A stretch of 64,000 nt of DNA, taken from positions 27,468,001 through 27,532,000 of the forward strand of contig NC_045696.1 of NCBI RefSeq assembly GCF_009834535.1, given 5' to 3'. Shown here in pieces: positions 1 to 11,300 of this stretch. Below the pieces are notes generated by a model. It made no database searches, was not told the origin of the DNA, and saw only the letters and a list, made by a program, of their open reading frames with translations. Position 1 is the first letter of the stretch; every line of letters starts with the position of its first letter. A program made the position numbers and the translations under genes. The stretch comes from Camelus ferus. Lineage: Eukaryota.

Positions 1-758
1 GTTTCCTAGCATATCAATAAAAAAAGGAAAGATAATATAAATGCAATAAGGAGTAATCTAATATGAATTTTTTCTTAAAAATACCTGTCAACTACAAAAA
101 AATGGTTTAAAGAAAAAGAGTAATACACAGAAACAAATTATCATTGAAATTCACCAAAATTTTCAAAAATAAGAAGTCTTGCTGTTCTGCCTTTTGTCGC
201 TGCCATATGTGCCTGCAGGAATCCCCAAAGACAAGAATGGAGTCTTTCAAAACCTCTGATTACATCCCTGTTTTAGGCCCACCTCAGGCAGCCTAAAGGT
301 TCTGTTATCAATTAGCTGAGGTCTGTGCTAAGCCCAGAAAGAGAACACTGTAAGGACAGAGGCTGGAGCACATGGAACAAAGCTATCTATTGCAGTGGAT
401 GAGCTTTTCTTGTGCATATGCACGCGGGCCATTGTTCCATTCTCGAAGAATCACATTAATCAATGTTCAGAGGCTGCACCTCCAAAATAGAGAGTTGGCT
501 GTTCATCAATGATTTATTGCAGAGCCCAACATGCATTTGACATGAAACAAGTTGGTAGTTTGGAAGCTGCCTCTGGACGGGGGAAGGGAGGAATGGTTTG
601 GAGTGTGAGGGGTGCTAATGCAGACAGCAGTCAGTTCCCTTCAGCAGCAGCAGAATACTGCTGCTGACGATGCTGGTTACCAATACCCATGCTTTCCTCG
701 AAGGCCAAAGGTATTATTTTCATCAGCACAATTAGGGAAATGCTAGGGCTTGAAACTT

Positions 759-872
759 GAAAAAGAAAGGAAAGGAAAGAGAAGAGAGAGAGAAGGAAGG
801 AAGGAAGGAAGGGAGGGAAGGAGGGAGGGAGGGAGGGAGGGAGGGAGGAAGGAAAGACAGAAGAAAGAGAAA
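759..872 (+). repeat. Polypurine low-complexity tract (GGAA/GGGA/GA repeats)
   Basis: About 110 bp of almost pure A/G, including (GGAA)n and (GGGA)n runs. Confidence 0.95.
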
Positions 873-2004
873 TCCAAGGTGGGGAGGGCTGAATCAATGA
901 AAAAAAAGGCTTCTTTGTTTTTCAGAATGGTTTAAGCTTTTTAAATGAATCTTGCTCATGGGATGTATTTTTTAAATGCTTTCATTGGAAAGAAAAACAT
1001 TTCTATCGACTGCCCTATTAGGCAACATAAATTATAGAGTTTAATATAAAATGAAGTATAAGTTTAAAAATAAGTCATGTTGCACTAATTGAACAGTCTC
1101 TTGTTTAACTGAGTGACCAGGAATATGAGCATACCAGTTAAAAAGCAACATTTTTCTTGGGGGACAAATCATTTGTGCTTTGGCTGAGTTTGACATTATC
1201 AACATAAAAGATGATCAAGTAAACTTCATTTGAGCAGGAAACAGTGGCTGTGTTGTGGTGGTTGTTTTAATTCTCAACATAATTTCTTCTGAACTATAAG
1301 CCATTTTTAGAAATAACGATCACATATTTTAAAACAAAAATCTGGATACAACATTTGATGTGTTTCAGATGACCTATTTGGCAATAGGAGCGAATTTTTC
1401 TGAACTGGGACTTTCCTAGAAAATAAAGATCATACATACTACTGCCATACACTAAGGAGCAATCCTCAACATTTCAAAGATGGGAAGAAGGAATGTTTAA
1501 TTAATCCTGTTAGATAAAAGTAATTATTCATCACAATTCACATATCTTCAACTGCTCAAGACATCGAAACCTTCAGAGATTTAAGACTATAAGAAACAGC
1601 TGCTTTTGGCCAATTATGTTCTGGGCTGTCAAGATTCATAATACTCAAACAATTCCTCTCCCCGGTTAAAGCTGGGAAAATTATCCAGATAGGTATGTTG
1701 ACTGCAGCAGGAATTTTAACTTGATTTAAAATAAAAGAATGTACCCAAAGAGAATGTTATTGGTCTTTCTTTGTTTTAGTTTCCTCAGCTATAAAACGGG
1801 ATGAGAGTCCTAACTGACAATGTTGTTTTGGTAAGTGTTCAATAAATGTTTCCATTGGTTTAACTTTTAAAATATTGATCCATGTATAATTTCATCAAGG
1901 CTTTAAAAAATGCTTTCCTTATTTTTGTCTGTCTTGTATTCATAAAGGAGAAAAGGTGGGGAAGTGGAGAACAAAAGAAAGGAACTCAATAGGTCTTAAA
2001 TTAC

Positions 2005-2257
2005 CTACTAGGCACATCACCAATCCCAACAATGAACACATCTGCCTCCACAGAAAATCATTCGTAGCTGACAACTGGATGGAGTCAGAATAGCAAAGGT
2101 AAGAAAAAGCAACAACGCTGTATGATTCGCTACTATTAGTTAAGTGTGGGAATGAGCACGCGAGCCCATTCACTCTCACATACGCATTAGGCTCCATAAT
2201 GGCTGTGGAGATACACTGGGCCCACATCTCCTTGAAGCTCATTAACATTTGGTGTGA
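2005..2257 (-). other. Candidate cryptic/alternative ROBO1 exon (unverified)
   Basis: Minus strand CTCTAAC branch-point motif, then TTGTCACTTATCCTTCCTCAG|TCAC acceptor (AG at 2259-2258) and GTAG|GTAATT donor (GT at 2004-2003). No recognisable repeat, and several CpGs retained. Confidence 0.3.
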
Positions 2258-2576
2258 CTGAGGAAGGATAAGTGACAATTACAAAGTTGTTAGAGGTCTG
2301 TATATATGGTGGCCACACATTAACTGCTAAAATGACTTCTAACCTTTGTGTCTTGTTGGAGACTACTTGGCTTAAGCTAGCCTTCTCTGCGGTCTCAGAT
2401 GACATTTTTCAAACCTTTCTTTCACTGCCTTTCTCTCCCTTAATGTATCAAGCTTGAAACAGAATTTGATTTCCTGAGCTTTCTGCTTTCTACGTGCCAC
2501 TGAGGAATCTAGTTCATCGTTCATCTCATTCATGTTCTTTTGAAATAAGATGCTTTGGGGGTCAAGTCTTTTCAGG

Positions 2577-2611
<35 letters not shown>

Positions 2612-2647
2612 CGCGTGTGTGTGTGTGTGTGTGTGGAGAGAGAGAGA
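2577..2647 (+). repeat. Compound microsatellite (GT)n(GC)n(GT)n(GA)n
   Basis: Uninterrupted purine-pyrimidine alternation from 2577 to 2635, followed by a GA run. Confidence 0.95.
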
Positions 2648-2944
2648 AATGTTTTTGTGTTCTTTTTCCATGTAAGTAACAATTCACAATCATAATGTAA
2701 AGAAGAAAGAAAAGCTAATGTATTGTGCTTCAAAATGCTCCCCTGATGTACAGAATTTCCTTATAAAATAAATAATTGCATTGTATATCAGTCTTCCTAT
2801 CAATATCAATTATTAATGTATTTTAGAATTTTAAAAACTATAAAAAAAAGAAAAGCAGACTGTATCTTCAGATGTGTTTCTGTAAGGAAACAATCTGGTG
2901 TAGTTGTAAATTTGACCCTTATAATTCATACCTCAAAGATCTAG

Positions 2945-3125
2945 ACAAGTGACTCCAAAATTTAACTGCACAATAGAAACACCTGGATTTTTTTAAAATT
3001 CCAAATTCCAGGCCATACCTTGATCCCATTAATTCACAATCTTGGGGGAGAGGGTGGGATGGGGTGGAGAACACAAATATCACTATTTTTAGGAGATTCC
3101 AATGTGCAGATGAATCTGGCAACGA
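2945..3125. mobile_element. MER5-like hAT MITE (old)
   Basis: CAAAATTTAACTGCACAATAGAAACACCTGG...CCAGGCC...GGAGATTCCAATGTGCAG. Confidence 0.55.
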
Positions 3126-3580
3126 AATATCTATCAAAAGCCATTTCCAGGCAGGTAGCATGTTTAGAAGTCAGGACTGGGAATAGTCCTTATATATCTT
3201 TGTATGGCCCAACTAGGTGGCAGTAAGTTGATTAATTTTGTTCATCAGTTCACTTTATGGACATTAAAATGTGTAATTAAAATCTTAAATTAATGAGATA
3301 TTTTTGAGTGAAAACTTGTCTGTTGCACTTGTGTCATGTTGAAAGCAGCCTGGATTGCCAAGAACATATTTTTAAAGGGCTATCATTGTATTTTTTTATA
3401 TTTATTATACTGCATTATGATATTTATTTAAAGCTAGTATTTTTAAGATAAATTTGTAAAATAAATCAAAATGTATATCCTTTTTTACAACAAAATAGCT
3501 AACTCAAAATTCTACATAAGAAACAAGAAGAAAACACTATGGCCACAGTTAAAATTTTAAAATTAATATATCCCTGCCCC

Positions 3581-6500
3581 CAGATCAATCAAGATAGCAA
3601 AGCAGAAGGACTCAGAACTCACCTCCCTCTATGACATCTACATGTGGAACAATTCTCACTAACTAACTGGAAACCAGTAGAAAGATTCCTGTACAATCAA
3701 GGCTTTAAGAAAGAGCCACATGTAATCAAGTAGGGAAGAAAAGCAATCAGGTCAGGATCTGTGACCCTGGGACGAGACTCAAAGGAAAAGGGATAATACA
3801 CAGGCAGAGAGCCACCCTGGGGAGTGAGTAGTGAGAGCCATAGATTGGGTGCCCCAGTCCTGGATTCCTACACAGGAGAGATAAGCTCCCTTGGTGGGTC
3901 AGAGGACCGTTGGGACTAATAGGAGGGTGATGGGAAGCCTGGACTCTGTCCATGAGGAGTGCAAGTGTGCTGTCTAGCCCCCGAGACAGAGTGGAGAGTG
4001 TGGACAGAAGTTCCTGTGACCACCCCGGCATGTACCCCAGCCCAAGCCAAACAAACACTCCAGCCCTGCTTACTCCACATCCCAGCACTGTACTGTACCG
4101 AGGACTACCATAACTGGGGAAAAAGCTTGGGACACAGAGGTGATGAAGTCCTGGGCAGAGCCTCGGTGGGGTGGCAGCAGCCATTGTCGGCACTTACTCA
4201 GGCAGCTCATTAAAGTAGCTCAGAACTCTGATGGCCACAGCTCCACCACATCTCATGCCCTGATTAATGCTGAGAGACCACGCAGGCCCCACCTGCCCTG
4301 CAGTGTGGCTCCACAACAGGGAGAGGGTGGTGGAGGCTGTAAGGGACAGAAGGACGTGGACCCAAGGCTGCATCTGAGCAGAGGGAGTGAAACAATTGCT
4401 AACACCTGTACAGGCAGCACATCCTCAGATCTCTGCCTATAGCCAACACAAGCTCAGTGCACACACAGGCCCCTTCATGCTTCAGCCCTCCCCTGCCCTG
4501 GGGCAAAGGTCCAGTGCAGGGAGAGGGGAAAGGAAACATTTAAAAGGAACAGAGCCAGCTTGGGCCAGACTCTCAGGGTTTCTGCTGCAGCAATTTGGGA
4601 TGACTCTGCCCCCAGTAGGGTGGTGACAGCCACTGAGCAGAGGTGATATCCTGCCTACCACCTGGCTCCAGCTCTAGCCTCTCCATCTTCAGCCCTACCC
4701 TCTACCAAGGTGATAGTTGCCAGCACACTCTGAAGAAGGACATGACTTGTGTCCCACCAGAGACAGTGGGAACATGCAATCTGCATAGGAAAGCTCCTAC
4801 ACAAGAACACCCTTTTTAGACTGTAATAGGTAACTATTTCATCTAAATTCATAGAGGCAGAAAAAGTTAAGCAAAATGAAAAGGTGAAGAACTGGTCTCA
4901 ACTAAAAGCACAAGGCAAACTCCTGAAAAAAATATTGAAACAGAAATAAACAATTTAGCAGGTAGATAATTCAAAGCATTGGTATTAAGAATGTTAACTA
5001 AAGTAGGAAAAATAATAGATGGACATAGTGACAATTTTAGCAACTAACAAATATTTTTAAAAACCTAATCAGAAATGAAGACTTCAATAACTGAAATAAT
5101 AATTAAAAAGCACTAGAAGGAATAAAAAGAGAGTAATACAGAAGAATGCACAAGGGATCAGATTGAAAATGTATTTGAGGAAACTGGGGCTTAAAACATC
5201 CCCAAACTGAAGAAGGAGCAGGTATCCAGGTACAGGAAGCACTGAGGGTCACAACCAAGATGAACCCAAACAGACTCACACCAAGATATATCACGATTAA
5301 AATGGCAAAATTTATAGATAAAGAGAGAATTCTAAAGGCAGCAAGAGAAAAATAAAGAGTCATATACAAAGTCCTTATATGGCTACCAGCTGATTTTTCT
5401 GCAGAAACTTTGCAAGACAGAAGGGAGTGGCATGAAATATTCAAAGTGCTAACAGGGAATCCTGCACCCTAATATACTCTACTCAGCAAGATTATCATTT
5501 AGAATCAAAGGAGAGATAAAGGATTTTCAGACAAGCAAAACCTAAAAGAGTTTGTCAATAACTAAACCTACCATAAAAGAAACTCTTCTCTAAGTGGAAA
5601 AGAAATTAAGAATCTATAGGAATGGGAAAATCCCACAAGAAAAGGCAAATATATAGTAAAGACTGAGGATCAACCACTTAAATAAGCCAGTACAATGATT
5701 AAAGGACCAAAAAAATTGTAAAAGCAAATATAACAAATGGTTAAGGGATAAACATGACAAAGTAAAGTATGACATCAAAAACGCAAAATACGGGGTAGGG
5801 GAGTAAAAAACATAGGTCTTTTAGAATGTATTTGAACCCAAATGTCTACCAATTTAAAACAAGTAGATATAGTTAGTTATAGGTCAACACCATGGTAGCC
5901 ACAAACCTATAATAATATATAGATAATATAATAATAATATTATAGAAAAACCTATAATAGATATACAAAAACTAAAAAGAAAGGAACACAAGCATACTAA
6001 ACAAAATCATCAAATCACAAGAGAAAAACAAAAAGAATTAATAAACAGAGAACTCCAAAAACAACCAGAAAACAAGTAATAAAACAGCAATAAATATAAT
6101 ATATATCAATAATTACTTTAAATGTCAATGGACTAAATGGTGGCTGATTGGATAAAAAAATAAGACCCATGTATACACTGCCTATCAGAGACTCACTTCA
6201 GAACTAAACATGACTGAAACTGAGAGGATGAAAAAAAATTTCTTGCAAACAAAAATGACAAGAAAATGGGAGTAGCAACTTATGTGGATCAATACAAGAA
6301 GAGTATATTATACTTCTTAATGTATATGCACCCAGTACAGGAGCATCTCTCTATATAAAGCAAATACTTACACACATAATATGCACAAATTGACAATAAT
6401 ACAATAATAGTAGAGACTTTAACACTTCACTTAAATCAATGGACAGATCATTCAGAGAGAAAATCAATTAAGCAACAGTGGTCTTAAATGACACAACAGG

Positions 6501-8170
6501 CCTATTGGACTTAACTAGGTATCTACAGGACATTCCATCTAAAAACAGAATATACATTCTTTTCAAGTGCATAAAGAACATTCTCCAGGATGGATCACAT
6601 GTTAGGCCACAAAACCAATCTCAACAAATTTAAGAGGTTAGAAATTATATTATTTTTTCCAACCACATGGTAAGAAACTAGAAATCAATTACAGAAAGAA
6701 AAATGGAAAAAGAACAAAGACATGGAGAATAAATGGCATGTTATGAATAAAACAATGAGTCAATGAAGAAATCAAAGACAAAATGAGAAAATACCTCAAG
6801 GTAAATGAAAATGGAAACACGTCTTTCCAAAATCTATGGGATGCAGCAAAGGCAGTTTTAAAAGGAAAGTTTATAGCAATGTAAGCCTTCACCAAGAAGA
6901 AAGAAAAATCTCAAATAAACAACCTAAGCTACCACCTAAAAAATTAGAAAAAGAAGAAAAAACAAAGCCCAAAGTTAGCAGGAGTGAAATAATAAAGATC
7001 AGAGAGGAAATAAATAAAGCAAAATAAGTAAAAGCAAAAATAAACAAATTAGACCTAATTAAACTTAAAAACTTTGCATAGCAAGGGAAACCATCAAAAA
7101 AACAAAATGGCAAGCTACTGAGTGGGAGAAAATACTTGCAAATAATATGAGACCAATAAGGGTTTAACATCTAAAATATATAAACTATAAATAGCTCACA
7201 CAACTCAATATCAAAAATACCAAACAACCTAATCAAAAAAATGGGCAAAAGACCTGAATAGACATTCTTCCAAAGCAGACATACAGATGGCCAATAAGCA
7301 CATGAAAAGATGCTCAACAGTGTTAATCATCAGAGAAATGTAAATTGAACCCACAATGAAATTACCACCTCACACCTGTCAAAATGGCTATCATCAAAAA
7401 GAACACAAATTTTGTCATGTTGGCGAAGATGTGCAGAAAAGGGAATCATTGTACACTGTTGATGGGAACGTAAATTGGAGCAGCCACTGTAGAAAACAAT
7501 GGGAGGTGTCTCAAAAAACTAAAAACAGAACTACCATATGATTTGGTAATTCTACTTCTGGGTATATATCTGGAAAAAACAAAAAAAAAAATTCAAAAAG
7601 ATACACATACCTCAGTGTTCACAGCACCACTACTTACAATAGCTAAGATTAGGAAGCAACACAAGTGCCCATCAACATGACAAATGGATAAAGAAAACGG
7701 TGGTGTATATATATCTCTTAAATATATGAAGGAATATTACTCAGCTATAAAAAATGAAATCCTGCCATTTGCAGTAATATGGATGGACCCAGAGAATATT
7801 ATGCTAGTAAAATAAGTCAGACAAAGAAAGAAAAATACTGTATGAAATCACTTAAATGTAGAATCTAACAAATAAAATAAATGGATATATATATATCGCA
7901 AAACAGGAAGACTCACAGATATGGAAAACAAACTAGTTGTTACCAATGGGGAAGGGAAGAGAGAAGGGGCAAGATAGGGATATGGGATTAAGACATAAAA
8001 ACTACTATGTATGAAATAGGTAAGCAACAAAGATATACTAGCACAGGGAATTACACTCATTATTTTGTAATAACTTTTAATGAAGTTCAATCTATAAAAA
8101 CACTGAACCAGTATGTTGTACACCTGAAACTTATATAATATTGTAACTCAACTATACATTAATAAAAAAA
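3581..8170 (+). mobile_element. LINE-1 with both ends but internal deletions (5'UTR, degenerate ORF1, endonuclease region, ORF2 C-terminus, 3'UTR); non-functional
   Basis: GC-rich 5'UTR at about 3581-4870. ORF1-like sequence at about 4876-5590 (CAGGTACAGGAAGC..., CAGCTGATTTTTCTGCAGAAAC). Endonuclease-like sequence from about 6100 (TTAAATGTCAATGGACTAAAT). ORF 6836-7027 gives ORF2-like KLEKEEKTKPKVSRSEIIKIREEIN and ORF 7356-7541 overlaps the C-terminal region. Ends AATAAAAAAA at 8161-8170. Many stops and frameshifts. Confidence 0.92.
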
Positions 8171-8330
8171 TTTCCCCCTCCTCATTTTATTGAGATATAA
8201 TTGACATATATCAAGTTAAGGTGTACAGCACAATGGTCTGAACTACATATATTGTGGAATGATTATCAAAATAAGTTTCCTTAGTATCCATCTCATATAG
8301 ATACAATAAAAAGAGAAAAAAGAAAAAAAG
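8171..8330 (-). mobile_element. LINE-1 3' end fragment, tail-to-tail with the preceding L1
   Basis: TTTTATTGAGATATAATTGACATATA...AAGGTGTACAGC...ATATTGTGGAATGATT is the reverse complement of a typical L1M 3' terminus. Confidence 0.7.
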
Positions 8331-11300
8331 GAGTATATCACTAGTAGATCTTCCTTGTTGAGTAGGAACAAAAAGATGGTATACAAGGAGGTGTTGTCCA
8401 AATCTTTGACTTGGCTATACCAAACGCTTCGTAACATTACAACTTACATAGTGAATGGTAGAGCTCATATGCGACATAGCTAGAAAACAAAAGATACAAA
8501 ATACAGATAGTGCTTTTTTATACATCACTTCCAAATGTGTATGTGTGTGTGTGTGTATCTCCATCCCAAAAGTAATTTTTCTATTTTTTTTAATGCCCTG
8601 TCTGTTTTCAGTTACTCTGTAAACAGAGGGAATGAACCCAAAGGCTGAAGCGGGCACGGTCTAGGTGCTGGCAGAGAAAGAGAGACTAGGAAGCCCAGAG
8701 GCACTGACAGTGTAGCATGCCCGAAACGTCCAGGCACCATTCATGAGCCAGTGCATCTGTCCTTAACTCTCACTTACAATTTGATTTATTCCCAGTGTTC
8801 TGTGCCAGGACCAGTACTCCAGTGTTCATCAAATTCTGGAGTCATTAACTGGCTCAACCTTAAAATAGTAAGTATCCTTTTGATCTTAACTGATCACAGA
8901 ATAAACATACCATGCTTTTTCCTTTTCTTAAAAGAAAGAGAGGCTGAGGGACAACTTAAATAGAGGAGTACATTTTCTGAAGACGGAAATCCCAGCTCCT
9001 GTAAAAATGCCATGCTGTGTGACTTCATATACTTGGCAGCCATAAAAATTGTGGGTGCTTTTCATTGCAAACTACAATTATCTTATTAAATAACTTAAAG
9101 AAATGATTGTTATACAATCACAATATGTTTTAAAATTATGGAAATAGGTATTTATGTGCAATTTAATGTTCAATAGAAGAATGCATGATTATGCCACATT
9201 ACAGGCAGCTGATTTTAGTTCTAGTTTATATACTTCTGTTTTTATATTAGACAATATCTAGGAATTGGGAAAATCGGGGATGTTTATGTTTAGTCTCTGA
9301 ACATAAATTTTTAAACATCTGTATATATGGCATTGCTATAAAGCAACAACAAAAAAGACATGCTTTAAAAATAAAGACCTCATATTCAAAAGCTTATCTT
9401 AAACATACTTTCATTTAGATGGCAAAAAAATGCAAGTGATAGCATATATTTACAGCTTTTTTCATTACCATTTCTCTACTTTTTTGCCTATTTGTTACAG
9501 TGATTGTTTCCTTAAAAATAACATCATCTAGAAAAGCACACATCCTATAGAACAAAGGCAACCTGTAAGAATTCGTCAATATGACAGGTTACCAGGTGGA
9601 ATTTAGACAATGAGATAAATGCAGATAATTATGAATTGCATTATGAAATGAAATTGCTTTCAACAGTATCACTGTTGCTTTAGGACTTCTCGTCTGCAGT
9701 ACAGTCTGGAACAGTGCAGTTGCTCTCTGGATCCCAGGCAGGAAAGCCTTTGGGACTCTGGATGTGTGAGGCTATTATTTCTGGGCTTTGGCAGTAAGAA
9801 ATATGATCTGTGCCCCAGGAAAAACACTGAAACCAGAAGACATGGTAATTTAAAGCCCAACCACAAGCATATAGAAAATTCAGTTACACGAAATTGTACT
9901 TCTCTAAGATAGAATCAATACCAACATATTAACAAGTGGTTGTCAAATTAATATTTAATTTGGCTCAACGAATGAAATTCTTAATAAATTTAATATTATT
10001 TAATAATTTTTGTTATTCTTCAATGTCTAGTTAAACATAGAATGTAAACTAGGAAATCACTGCTAAATATTTAATTCTCAAAAAAATATGTATAGATTCC
10101 TGGGTCTTAGATGATTATAGTGAACATTCAGAATATTTTGCTAAGACTGAGAATACAAACTTTAAAGTCCTGAAACTGTAGACCTGATAAAAGAACTCTC
10201 ATGTTGTTCTTAATGAAAATGTTGGCTGCCAAATTAACTAAAATATTTACATTAATAAATGCATCGGTGTTTTAAAACGAAATCTTGTTAAACATTTTTA
10301 AATTGGTCCTGGATTTAGCTGCATAAAAGAACAGCTTCAGGAATGACAGTTTCTACTTCTTTTATCTTTGCCTACATAATTGCTTAAAAAATGAGCATAT
10401 AAAGACAAATGCTTAAGAACATACAGATTGTCACCTATGATTTTTGAGTGTTGAAAATGAAATGTTTCCAAATTGATTTTTTGTATTATCTCAGAAAACA
10501 AAAAATACTATTTGAGCTACAGAGTATGCTAACCAATTTTTAATATAAGATAAAATGTTATCTTTTGCTCCAAAATAAATGTCATGCTCTAGGATGGAAA
10601 TAATAGAAACTGGAAACTAATACTTTTAGCAGTATTGACAGAAGCTACAAAAAAGCAAAAGGTAAAATAGAAAATGAAATGTAACACCTTTATTCATCTC
10701 ATCTGTCTCTTTCTCATTACCCATCCATGGAGACATTTACAGCCTCACTAGAGAGAGAGAAATTGCTTGTTCATTTATTGTGAGAATCTTTTTCAGATAA
10801 GTGGCAATTTGCATCCTCATGAGCAATGTACGGCAATGTCTCATCTGGTCCAATGCAGCATGCAATTTTGCACACAATGTCATGCTGACCTGAAGTAACT
10901 ACGATATATTGCTTGCACAAGAAATATAATGGGTAGGGGAAATATCCACATTCATGTCTTCCAGCCCACAATTTCATTATGCCATGACAATCAAGAGCAC
11001 AGCAGATGCCACACCTGCAAATATTAGGAAGTTAATTAACCAATGAACTATCATCAGGGATTTTCATTCAGCCAACAAAAATAATAATGTAAAGTTCACT
11101 CAGATTAAAGGCAGTAAAAGTTTTATACAACTCTTCAACATTTACAAAGAAAAAAAAAGATGTAGTACTGGATGGGAGCATGCCTTGAAGAAATTTTACT
11201 TTAAAATACAGTAAATATAAAAGAGAATCAATGTAAAACATTAAAACTTGCTGCTAATTATAGATAATTTCTGGTATCCAGCAGGGATTTTTAAAATAAT

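Noticed and set aside
631..935. ORFs 631-897 (-) and 750-935 (+)
   Set aside because: Translations of the GGAA/GGGA low-complexity tract.
2170..2185. YVRVNG resembling the ROBO2 leader YVRVDG
   Set aside because: A six-residue match without flanking similarity is most likely coincidence.
2372..2679. HTHT/CVCV-rich ORFs
   Set aside because: Translations of the dinucleotide microsatellite.
3747..4852. Several 65-148 aa ORFs
   Set aside because: They lie in the GC-rich L1 5'UTR and resemble no known protein.
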